From: Prochlorococcus marinus str. NATL2A
GTDB taxonomy: Bacteria > Cyanobacteriota > Cyanobacteriia > PCC-6307 > Cyanobiaceae
Length of the DNA stretch: 32,000 nt
Assembly: GCF_000012465.1 (NCBI RefSeq)
Contig: NC_007335.2
Span: 1,650,001-1,682,000 of the forward strand
Direction: 5' to 3'
Position numbers and translations under genes: made by a program. The notes beneath the pieces were generated by a model. It ran no database searches. It was not told the origin of the DNA and saw only the letters and a list, made by a program, of their open reading frames with translations. Below are positions 1-8,372 of this stretch, in pieces (the first letter of the stretch is position 1; every line of letters starts with the position of its first letter).

Positions 1-465
1 AGAGGAATTAAAATTAAAAGTATACAAATGCAGCTTTCGTTATTAACAAAACCATCTTTAGAAGATGAAAATATAAAAATTATATGTGATGAGAATGAAA
101 TTGAATATTTAGCTTATAGTCCATTAGGACTGGGAATCCTTACAGTTCCACCTAATCAATCTCCTAAGCCTACAACATTCTTACGAAAAAGTTTATACCA
201 AAGGATACTTCCAAAAACCATAGAATTGAGAACATTACTAACTCATATCGGTAAAAAGTATTCAGCTTCCCAAGCAGAAGTTGCCTTGAATTGGGTTAGG
301 TCTCATGGAGCTAAACCAATAGTCGGTATTCGTAATCCAAACCAAGCTAAAGATGCAATTTCAGCACTTAATTGGTCTTTAACTAAAAGTGAAAAACAAA
401 AGCTGGATTTTTGCAGGAATGCATGTCTAGCAAATATGCCACTAAATCCTTTTACTAGTCCATAA
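1..465 (+). CDS. Aldo/keto reductase family oxidoreductase, C-terminal fragment (5' end lies outside the window)
   Basis: Frame 1 is open from base 1 (RGIKIKSIQ precedes the first Met at 28), so the gene is truncated by the window edge. AKR-like C-terminal segments are present: IEYLAYSPLGLGILT and AEVALNWVRSHGAKPIVGIRNPNQAKD. Stop codon at 463-465. Confidence 0.75.
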   Translation, partial: RGIKIKSIQMQLSLLTKPSLEDENIKIICDENEIEYLAYSPLGLGILTVPPNQSPKPTTFLRKSLYQRILPKTIELRTLLTHIGKKYSASQAEVALNWVRSHGAKPIVGIRNPNQAKDAISALNWSLTKSEKQKLDFCRNACLANMPLNPFTSP

Positions 466-472
466 TCCAAAT

Positions 473-1105
473 TTAAGTATCAGGACTAACAATAACCTTC
501 ATTGAATCTGAAGAGGTTGGAAGACTAATAACTTTTGCCGGTGGAATTGGCTGTGAATTTGAGCTTTTTCCAATTATTTCTTTCTCAGGCTCTTTTTCAT
601 CATTAGCACAAGCTTCTAAAGCCTCTCTCAACAACGAGTCAAAGGTTGCACCTGGCAATCTATGCCTAGCTACCTCAAGGAACGTGAGCGGTAAAGACTC
701 TGATGCCGCATCTTTTAATGCAGGATTATTTTTTCTATGCTCTTGCTCGTCCTGAATTGCTCGGATAAATCTTAGAGTGACTTCATGCTTAGTCGAAGCT
801 TTAATCAAAGTATCGTTATCTCTTGGACCATTAGTTGCTTCTTGTTCTAGATCATTAATTCTACTCTCCAAACTTGTAAGTACTTCATCAGCTTCTTTCC
901 CAATATGAGAAAGTTGTCCGTCAGACAAGTTTGGTAAATCAGCTACATATACTTTTCCATGATCTCTAAGGGTTAAAAAAGTTGGTCTTGGGCCACTATT
1001 TTGCCGCATACCCGAATCTGCTTGACCTCCAAGAGGCTTTCTAGGAGGTGTTGGACCTGCAGAACTTCTCCTACGCGTTAGACGCTGTTGATTTTCAAAA
1101 GGCAT
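473..1105 (-). CDS. Hypothetical protein: basic, Pro/Arg/Gly-rich N-terminus, then a predicted helical acidic region
   Basis: 210-codon ORF with an ATG start and no competing ORF. It fills the gap between the AKR gene and purM. I recognise no catalytic motif. Confidence 0.55.
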   Translation of the reverse strand: MPFENQQRLTRRRSSAGPTPPRKPLGGQADSGMRQNSGPRPTFLTLRDHGKVYVADLPNLSDGQLSHIGKEADEVLTSLESRINDLEQEATNGPRDNDTLIKASTKHEVTLRFIRAIQDEQEHRKNNPALKDAASESLPLTFLEVARHRLPGATFDSLLREALEACANDEKEPEKEIIGKSSNSQPIPPAKVISLPTSSDSMKVIVSPDT

Positions 1106-1265
1106 AGAGCTAATTAAGATCTAACTTCGCATTACCCGAACTAATATCCGGCTTGCGTTTTTTTACATCTTACTGTTTTTTTACCGTTATAGAAAATCTT
1201 TTTTAACCTTCATTTAATTTGTTCAGGTACTGTACTAGGGATTTTATAAAACTTCGCTTGTAACC

Positions 1266-2306
1266 TCAGCTTGGTATTCCAAAAATACCGATATTTTTTG
1301 AATTGTTCTGACTTTCAACAACTTGACCTATATTCCAAGCCTCAAAATCATTTTTGATACATATTTCTAAAGCAGAATTCACCTCATTTTTAGGAACAAT
1401 TAAACAAAAACCAATACCCATATTAAATGTATTCCAAAGATCAATTTCAGGAATATCTCCAGCATTTTGTAACCAATTAAAGATTTCAGTTATTTCCCAA
1501 GTAGTTATATCTATATGTGGTGACAATCCAGAAGGGAAAATTCTAGGAAGATTCTCTGGCAATCCACCACCTGTAATATGCGTCATTCCATGAATTGGTA
1601 AATTTTCTCTCAACAATTTCTCAACAAGTTGAACATAAATTGCTGTTGGTTCCAGTAAAGATTGGATCAAGTTCCTTTTATCTTTCCCAAAAAGAGTATT
1701 TTCATCCACATTCGCCATAGAAAGAACTTTACGCACAAGACTAAAACCATTGCTATGAACACCGTTACTTTTAATCCCAATGATCTGATCTCCACAATTG
1801 ATTTTCGTGCCGTCTATTAAGTGATGATTTTCAACGATCCCAACACAGAAACCTGCAAGGTCATATCTTCCAATGGGATAAAAACCTGGCATTTCAGCTG
1901 TTTCGCCTCCCAAGAGAGAACAATCCGATTGACAACAGCCTGCTGCAATGCCCTCTATCACTTCAGCTAAAGCATCAGGAGTCAAAGTTCCGCTTGCTAT
2001 GTAATCAAGAAAAAATAAAGGTCGAGCCCCATTAGTTATTACATCATTTACACACATTGCAACCAAGTCTATTCCGACTCCAAAATGGCAACCATATTGC
2101 TGAGCTAATTCTAATTTTGTACCAACACCATCTGTCCCAGAGACCAAGACTGGACTTTCAAAGCCTTTTGGAATTCTTATACATCCTCCAAAACCTCCTA
2201 ACCCACCTATGACCTCACTTTTATGAGTTTTTTCAACGCATGATTTAATTCTCTCCACAAAGGCTCTTCCAGCAGTAACATCAACTCCCGCAGTTTTGTA
2301 ATCCAT
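1266..2306 (-). CDS. purM: Phosphoribosylformylglycinamidine cyclo-ligase (AIR synthetase)
   Basis: Full-length 346 aa with PurM hallmarks: [11 protein letters not shown]-terminus, [19 protein letters not shown] and HITGGG. Confidence 0.95.
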   Translation of the reverse strand: MDYKTAGVDVTAGRAFVERIKSCVEKTHKSEVIGGLGGFGGCIRIPKGFESPVLVSGTDGVGTKLELAQQYGCHFGVGIDLVAMCVNDVITNGARPLFFLDYIASGTLTPDALAEVIEGIAAGCCQSDCSLLGGETAEMPGFYPIGRYDLAGFCVGIVENHHLIDGTKINCGDQIIGIKSNGVHSNGFSLVRKVLSMANVDENTLFGKDKRNLIQSLLEPTAIYVQLVEKLLRENLPIHGMTHITGGGLPENLPRIFPSGLSPHIDITTWEITEIFNWLQNAGDIPEIDLWNTFNMGIGFCLIVPKNEVNSALEICIKNDFEAWNIGQVVESQNNSKNIGIFGIPS

Positions 2307-2414
2307 CAGTAAAAAGCTTTCTTATTCAAAAGATATGAACCCTAATATGAAATCCATATGGGATCAGTATGCAATCAACTTATTTCATTTCAATCATAAG
2401 TTGATGAAATTAAT

Positions 2415-3980
2415 TTGTTTACCAACATAGTGGTACGAAAAATCTTCCAAACTAATGCTGAATTAAAAGATTGGCTTAGTGGACAAAATTCAGCAATAAT
2501 TTTTATCCCTACTATGGGAGGACTTCACCCTGGGCACCAATATTTAATTCAGAAAGCAAAAGAAAAAAAAACAAACACAAACCAAATTATTCTTGTAAGT
2601 ATTTTTGTAAATCCATTGCAATTTAGCAAGGGTGAAGACTTCAAAAAATATCCCAGAAATATAAAAAGAGATGCTGAATTAGCTTTTAGTGCAGGAGCAG
2701 ACGCGATTTGGGCTCCAGAATATGATGAAGTTTTTCCCGGAGGCGCAGATTCACATTTTAAAATTGAAGTTCCTAAAACATTGCATAATCAATTATGTGG
2801 TGCTGAAAGGAAAGGACATTTTGATGGAGTCGCAACCGTTATTATTCGATTGATAAAAATTATCAAACCAAAGAAACTTATTCTGGGAGAGAAAGATTGG
2901 CAACAATTAATTATAATTAGAAAACTCTTTCAAGAACTATCAATACCTGTAAAAATTGAATCCTATTCCACACAAAGAGACCAAAGTGGATTTGCTTATA
3001 GTTCAAGAAATTCTTATCTTAGTGATTCTGAAAGAGTAAATGCTCAATCATTACCTAATGCAATCAAAGAAGCAAAAACAGAATTTGATAAAGGGAAAGT
3101 AATAAATCTCACAAAAATAGCTTCGATATTTAAAGAAAATAATTTAAAAATTGAATATCTCAAAATTGTAGATCCATTTTCATTAAAAGAAACAGAAAAT
3201 ATCAATAGACTATGCCTTTTGGCAATAGCAGTAAAATGTGGGTCTACGAGGCTAATTGATCACACTTTTCTTATGCACAGAAAACCAATTATTGCGATTG
3301 ATGGTCCTGCTGGTGCAGGGAAAAGCACAGTAACTAAAGCATTTGCCAAGAAACTTGGTTTTATTTATTTAGATACTGGCGCAATGTATCGAGCAGTGAC
3401 TTGGTTAATCATAAGCAATTCTATTGATCCAAATGATCAAGCGGAAATCAAAAATATCTTGAAAGATTCAAAATTAGAATTTAAAAACTCAAGCTTTGTT
3501 GAGCAAAAAATCTTCATAAATAATATTGACGTAACAGAGAAGATACGATCCCCTCAAGTGACTTCAATGGTATCCGAAATTGCCAAACAACAATTTGTAA
3601 GAGAAGTATTGACGCGAAAACAACAAGTAATTGGAAATAATGGGGGCTTAGTTGCAGAAGGAAGAGACATAGGCACAGCTGTATTTCCAGATGCAGACCT
3701 AAAAATTTTTCTTACTGCCTCTCCAACAGAAAGAGCAAAAAGAAGAGCCCTTGACTTACACAAAAGAGGTTATGAATTCTCCAGCATTGAAGATCTTGAA
3801 AAAGAAATTAAAGAAAGAGATAAAAAAGATAGTGAACGAAAAATAGCTCCTTTAAAAAAAGCTCAAGATGCCATAGAGCTTGTAACAGATGGTATGAATA
3901 TTGAAGATGTATTAAAAGAGCTAATTGATATTTTCAGATCAAAGATTCCAGAGGAAGTCTGGCCAACGCCTAATTCGTGA
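2415..3980 (+). CDS. panC: Bifunctional pantoate--beta-alanine ligase / cytidylate kinase (PanC-Cmk fusion)
   Basis: N-terminal half has PanC motifs (PTMGGLHPGH, SIFVNPLQF). C-terminal half has Cmk motifs (IAIDGPAGAGKST P-loop, YLDTGAMYRA, EGRDIGT). No in-frame ATG is available. Start is TTG at 2415 or GVG-context GTG at 2430, so the 5' end is uncertain by 15 nt. Confidence 0.92.
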   Translation: MFTNIVVRKIFQTNAELKDWLSGQNSAIIFIPTMGGLHPGHQYLIQKAKEKKTNTNQIILVSIFVNPLQFSKGEDFKKYPRNIKRDAELAFSAGADAIWAPEYDEVFPGGADSHFKIEVPKTLHNQLCGAERKGHFDGVATVIIRLIKIIKPKKLILGEKDWQQLIIIRKLFQELSIPVKIESYSTQRDQSGFAYSSRNSYLSDSERVNAQSLPNAIKEAKTEFDKGKVINLTKIASIFKENNLKIEYLKIVDPFSLKETENINRLCLLAIAVKCGSTRLIDHTFLMHRKPIIAIDGPAGAGKSTVTKAFAKKLGFIYLDTGAMYRAVTWLIISNSIDPNDQAEIKNILKDSKLEFKNSSFVEQKIFINNIDVTEKIRSPQVTSMVSEIAKQQFVREVLTRKQQVIGNNGGLVAEGRDIGTAVFPDADLKIFLTASPTERAKRRALDLHKRGYEFSSIEDLEKEIKERDKKDSERKIAPLKKAQDAIELVTDGMNIEDVLKELIDIFRSKIPEEVWPTPNS

Positions 3981-4443
3981 GACTATCTATTAATCCATCC
4001 ATAGCATCATCAAGTAAATCTATAACTTTATCGAATCCATTTTGTCCACCATAATAAGGGTCAGGGACTTCATCTAATTGAAAGTTTTTTGAGTAACTTA
4101 GAATAAGCTTTATTTTAGAATTTACAGGATTATTTTGATCTTTAGTTAATGATTTAACAGCATCGAGATTATCTTTATCCATAACAAGAATCTGATCAAA
4201 TTCATATAAATCATTTTCTTCGATTTGTCTCGACCTACTGGTCAGTTCTATCCCCCTTGATAACGCTGTTGCTCGCATTCTTTTATCAGGAAGATTTCCA
4301 ACATGCCAACTACCTGTTCCTGCGGAATCAACTACAAACAATTTTTCTAAATCTCTCTCTTTAATTTTGTGATTAAAAATGCCTTCAGCGGCAGGCGAAC
4401 GACAAATATTGCCCAAGCAAACAAAGAGAATTTTTTTTACCAT
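3970..4443 (-). CDS. Low-molecular-weight protein-tyrosine phosphatase
   Basis: 157 aa with the CX5R(S) P-loop near the N-terminus (VCLGNICRSPAAEG) and a C-terminal DPYYG acid loop. ATG start 18 nt downstream of the pebB stop. Confidence 0.85.
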   Translation of the reverse strand: MVKKILFVCLGNICRSPAAEGIFNHKIKERDLEKLFVVDSAGTGSWHVGNLPDKRMRATALSRGIELTSRSRQIEENDLYEFDQILVMDKDNLDAVKSLTKDQNNPVNSKIKLILSYSKNFQLDEVPDPYYGGQNGFDKVIDLLDDAMDGLIDSLTN

Positions 4444-4461
4444 TTTTCTAATGTCTTTATT

Positions 4462-5238
4462 TTATTTTAAGTCAAAAAGGATATTATTTATATAGCTTTC
4501 AGTCCATACCTCTCCAAAAAAGCTTCGCAACATGCCTCTTGCAGGATCTTTTTCAGCCCTATATCGCATATATTTTTTCTGACCATTTAACAGTTGAAAA
4601 GATCTTTCCTTAGAAGTTATTTTTGCATCTCTCAATAAATCAAAGAAACAATTCAAGTATTCATCAAAAGCAGGTTTAATTGTCTGAGTAATTAAGTTGT
4701 CACCTTCTTCTCCTAATGGAATTCTAGACCAAAGAAAAGCTGGAGAAAAGTATTGTCTAGCATCAGAGGGAATATCACCTCCTGATGGAATTTTAGATTG
4801 CCAATGAGCATGTATAGGTTTTAATTTATTCCAAACATGTTGAGTATGATTTATATCATCTTTTAAAGCTGGTTGAAGATCTAATGCAATAAGATGTCCA
4901 TTTGGAAGTGTGACAAAATCGGCTCCAAAAAAAGGGAGATCATAATTATTGAGAGGTGAAATTACCAAATTCATGACAGAAGTAATTTCACCTGCTTGCA
5001 AGCAAGCACATCTGGCCTGTCGTATTTTTTCCATCTTTAGACCCCATGTTTCCAAAATGACTTTTTTAGGATTAGAACTTGAACCAAAAAAAGACTCTCT
5101 AAACAGAAAATCATTATCTATTTGATAAGGTCTAGTTTGAAAAGTAGAAAAGGCCTTAATAGTTTCATCTAAGAAACAAGCCCAACGCCAATTACTTATT
5201 GAAATAGGATCCTGACTATTATTTCGAATAATTTGCAT
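4462..5238 (-). CDS. pebB: Phycoerythrobilin:ferredoxin oxidoreductase
   Basis: 258 aa ferredoxin-dependent bilin reductase with PebB-like segments (VMNLVISP..YDLPFFGADFVTLP, YRAEKDPARGML). Last gene of the canonical ho1-pebA-pebB order. Confidence 0.9.
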   Translation of the reverse strand: MQIIRNNSQDPISISNWRWACFLDETIKAFSTFQTRPYQIDNDFLFRESFFGSSSNPKKVILETWGLKMEKIRQARCACLQAGEITSVMNLVISPLNNYDLPFFGADFVTLPNGHLIALDLQPALKDDINHTQHVWNKLKPIHAHWQSKIPSGGDIPSDARQYFSPAFLWSRIPLGEEGDNLITQTIKPAFDEYLNCFFDLLRDAKITSKERSFQLLNGQKKYMRYRAEKDPARGMLRSFFGEVWTESYINNILFDLK

Positions 5239-5251
5239 TTAAAAAATAAAC

Positions 5252-5968
5252 TTAAGGATTAATGTTTTCTAGGCTTAAAGGAAATAAAAATTCTTTCATA
5301 TATTTCTCTGACCATTCTTTACCGAAAAAGCCAGAAAACAAACCATGAGCAGGATCTTTTTCAGCACTATATTTATCATAATCTATATGCAATATGCTGA
5401 CCTCTTGAGATTTAATATGATTTTCATTAGCTTTAGATAAATCAAGATTTTTCCAATAACATTTAAGAAAAGAACTAAAAATTTTTGGTAAAATATTTTC
5501 CGCTTCAAAATTACCTCCTTTGCAAAATAGAGCCCATGGAGAGAAGTACTTAGTTGGATCATATATATTACTTTTCATATCAGAGTTAAACTCATTAAAA
5601 CTTTTTTTGAGGCTTTTCAAGCCATCAAAATATCTATCTAAATATTCTTTATCTTGAACTAGAGGCTGGAAATCAAGAATCGCAACTAGCTTTTGTTTTT
5701 TTTCAAACCACAAAAGGTCAATACCCATAATTGGCATATCATTTTGTTCATTAGGATAAGCAACTGAATTTAATACCTGAAGGCGATCTCCTGCGTCCAA
5801 CCTGGTGACTCTCCATCTTCGAAATCCTGGAACATCCCATAACCAGCTGTTGAGTTTACAATTACCTTGTTTTGAAACGCATTCACAAAATTCATTCGGA
5901 ACAATCAACTTTTTACCGCCATGTTCAAGAATATTTTTTGTTAACTCACTTAACAGGTCATTAAACAT
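5252..5968 (-). CDS. pebA: 15,16-dihydrobiliverdin:ferredoxin oxidoreductase
   Basis: 238 aa with the PebA signature WLWDVPGFRRWRVTRLDAGDRLQVLNSVAYP and YSAEKDPAHGLF. AAGGAG Shine-Dalgarno 9 nt upstream of the ATG. Confidence 0.9.
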   Translation of the reverse strand: MFNDLLSELTKNILEHGGKKLIVPNEFCECVSKQGNCKLNSWLWDVPGFRRWRVTRLDAGDRLQVLNSVAYPNEQNDMPIMGIDLLWFEKKQKLVAILDFQPLVQDKEYLDRYFDGLKSLKKSFNEFNSDMKSNIYDPTKYFSPWALFCKGGNFEAENILPKIFSSFLKCYWKNLDLSKANENHIKSQEVSILHIDYDKYSAEKDPAHGLFSGFFGKEWSEKYMKEFLFPLSLENINP

Positions 5969-6134
5969 ATACAGTCATCTCCTTGCAGAGTTTAATAACG
6001 TCTTCTCCCTTAAAAAAATTAAATCGGTTAAAGAGAATAAATACAAACCTTTTACACTTTTATATTTCATAATAGATATCTTAATAGATAATGAATATAA
6101 ATAAAATAATGATCTTAAAAAAATATAAATTTTA

Positions 6135-6842
6135 CTACTCCGTGCTACCTTTTCGCTTTTTATTTGCAAAAAATCTAAATAAAACTTTCCCTATTGCTGC
6201 AATTAAATTTCCTTCTAATTCATTAAAAATATCCATATTATATTTAAAAGATCTATTGGCCTCTTCTATAATTGAATCTGCTATCTTTTGATCAATAGGA
6301 AGATTATCCAGGGTATTTCTATACTTAATCTTAAATTCTTTTGCATCGCTGATTTCCTCAAAAATATAAAAGCTAAGTCCATCATCACCAGGAAGATTCA
6401 TGGCTTTTTTAGTAATTGTTTTCAAAAGCTGTCCTCCAGACAAGTCACCTATATATCGGCTGTAATGATGCCCAATTAAAAGTTCAGGATTATCTTTCGC
6501 GATTTGTCGAATTCTTGCTTCATATTCAACAGCTGGCTTTGAGGGTTTTACCAATTCAGACCAATTACTACCAAAGTAGAACGACAAATCTTGCTCTAAT
6601 TTTTTCTTACGAAAAAGCTCTTTAAATCCAATTGGAGAAATTATCGGATGAGAATTTTCACAAAGTTTTTCTATCTCTTCCTCCATCGCAGAGTAAACAA
6701 AATATAAATCAGCTAATAAATTTCTGTATGAGGACTTATCAACTACGCCCTTGAGGAAACAACTTATAAAACCTGTATTTTCAGCCATCGTATGAGACTT
6801 TTTAGTCCCTTCACGAAGTTGCCTAGCGAAGGCTAGTGCCAT
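6135..6842 (-). CDS. ho1: Heme oxygenase 1
   Basis: 235 aa with the heme oxygenase N-terminus LREGTKKSHTMAENTGF and GHHYSRYIGDLSGGQ. Sits upstream of pebA and pebB. Confidence 0.92.
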   Translation of the reverse strand: MALAFARQLREGTKKSHTMAENTGFISCFLKGVVDKSSYRNLLADLYFVYSAMEEEIEKLCENSHPIISPIGFKELFRKKKLEQDLSFYFGSNWSELVKPSKPAVEYEARIRQIAKDNPELLIGHHYSRYIGDLSGGQLLKTITKKAMNLPGDDGLSFYIFEEISDAKEFKIKYRNTLDNLPIDQKIADSIIEEANRSFKYNMDIFNELEGNLIAAIGKVLFRFFANKKRKGSTE

Positions 6843-6921
6843 GAGTTCAAAATCATTTAATCAAAACTTACCACTTAGACATAAGCTCAACATTAGATGA
6901 ATTAATCGCTGAATAAAAATC

Positions 6922-8346
6922 ATGGCAAATTTTGAAAAGCTTACTGCCCCATCAGAAGGCCAAAGAATTACTTTTTCTGATGGAAACCCAGTAGTCCCAG
7001 ACCATCCAATTATTCCATTTATCAGAGGTGATGGAACAGGGATTGATATTTGGCCAGCTACACAATTAGTCATCGATAAAGCTATTGAAAAAGCTTATGG
7101 AAAAAATCGATCCATTGAATGGTTCAAAATCTATGCAGGTGATGAAGCTTGCGAGTTATACGGAACTTATCAATATTTACCAAACGATACCCTCGAAGCG
7201 ATCCGAACTTACGGGATAGCTATCAAAGGACCTTTAACAACTCCTGTAGGTGGTGGGATTAGATCTTTAAACGTATCTCTAAGACAGATTTTTGATCTAT
7301 ATTCATGTGTTAGGCCTTGCAAATATTACGAAGGGACTCCAAGCCCTCATAAAAAGCCTCAGGATTTAGATGTAATTGTTTATAGAGAAAATACTGAAGA
7401 TATTTATATGGGTATTGAATGGGAATCTGATGATCCTGAATGCATCAAATTGATTGACCAAATCAATAATGAAATAATTCCAGCCAGCCAAAAACTAAAA
7501 AACAGGAAAATTCCAAGCGGATCAGGAATAGGCATTAAACCAGTTAGTAAAATTGGTAGTCAAAGACATATCAGACGTGCAATTAAACATGCACTCACCC
7601 TGGAAGGGAGCAAAAGACATGTGACCTTGGTTCACAAGGGAAACATCATGAAATTCACTGAAGGAGCTTTCAGAGATTGGGGATACGAATTAGCAACCAC
7701 AGAATTTAGGAATGAATGCGTTACCGAGAGAGAAAGTTGGATTTTAGGTAATGTAGAAAAAAATCCTCACATCTCCTATGAGGAGAATGCTGAGTTAATT
7801 GATCCAGGTTATTCGTCTTTAACAGAAGAGAAAAAGAAAGCTATTTGTGATGAGGTTTGTTCCGTTCTTTCAATCATTGGCAGTAGTCATGGCAGTGGTA
7901 AATGGAAAGATATGGTGATGGTTGATGACCGAATAGCAGATAGTATTTTTCAACAAATTCAAACTCGTCCTCAAGAGTATTCCATACTTGCAACTCTCAA
8001 TCTTAATGGTGACTACATATCGGATGCGGCCGCTGCAATTGTTGGTGGACTGGGGATGGCACCAGGTGCAAACATTGGAGATAAAGCGGCTATTTTCGAA
8101 GCTACCCATGGAACAGCTCCTAAACATGCAGGTTTGGACAGAATAAATCCAGGTTCAGTAATACTAAGTGGAGTAATGATGCTGGAATATTTGGGTTGGA
8201 ATGAGGCAGCAAAATTAATTACAAATGGATTGAGCAAATCTATTTCAGACAAACAAGTTACTTACGATCTAGCACGATTAATGGAACCACGCGTAGAGCC
8301 TCTTAGTTGTAGTGATTTTGCGAACTCAATTGTTGAAAGATTTTAA
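6922..8346 (+). CDS. icd: Isocitrate dehydrogenase (NADP+)
   Basis: 474 aa, full-length match to the prokaryotic NADP-IDH pattern: IPFIRGDGTGIDIW, GPLTTPVGGGIRSLNVSLRQ, NLNGDYISDAAAA and HGTAPKHAG. Confidence 0.95.
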   Translation: MANFEKLTAPSEGQRITFSDGNPVVPDHPIIPFIRGDGTGIDIWPATQLVIDKAIEKAYGKNRSIEWFKIYAGDEACELYGTYQYLPNDTLEAIRTYGIAIKGPLTTPVGGGIRSLNVSLRQIFDLYSCVRPCKYYEGTPSPHKKPQDLDVIVYRENTEDIYMGIEWESDDPECIKLIDQINNEIIPASQKLKNRKIPSGSGIGIKPVSKIGSQRHIRRAIKHALTLEGSKRHVTLVHKGNIMKFTEGAFRDWGYELATTEFRNECVTERESWILGNVEKNPHISYEENAELIDPGYSSLTEEKKKAICDEVCSVLSIIGSSHGSGKWKDMVMVDDRIADSIFQQIQTRPQEYSILATLNLNGDYISDAAAAIVGGLGMAPGANIGDKAAIFEATHGTAPKHAGLDRINPGSVILSGVMMLEYLGWNEAAKLITNGLSKSISDKQVTYDLARLMEPRVEPLSCSDFANSIVERF

Positions 8347-8372
8347 CTAATTTTATCTAGAGTCTTCACAAA

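Noticed and set aside
1128-1166. A terminator-like element on the plus strand, CGCATTACCCGAACTAATATCCGGCTTGCG followed by T7.
   Set aside because: Hand folding gives only 3-4 terminal base pairs with many mismatches, and no plus-strand gene ends nearby. The T-runs are better described as the A-tract direct repeats noted in the findings.
2563-2571. An A9 homopolymer inside panC, and similar A/T8-9 runs elsewhere (e.g. 23938-23948), considered as slippage or phase-variation sites.
   Set aside because: Runs of this length are expected in a genome this AT-rich. The reading frame is intact and the encoded KEKKTN segment lies in a variable loop.
5805-6291. Short ORFs spanning the ho1-pebA spacer and gene ends (5805-6104 plus, 5975-6169 minus, 6091-6291 plus).
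   Set aside because: They run through an extremely AT-rich spacer and overlap the ho1 and pebA coding ends. The products are Ile/Lys/Phe/Leu-rich junk with no start signals. I treat the spacer as regulatory DNA.
6843-6921. An NtcA-type site (GTA-N8-TAC) in the divergent ho1/icd promoter region. I looked for one because icd is nitrogen-regulated in some cyanobacteria.
   Set aside because: The 79-bp spacer contains no GTA trinucleotide on the plus strand, so no palindromic GTA-N8-TAC can exist there.
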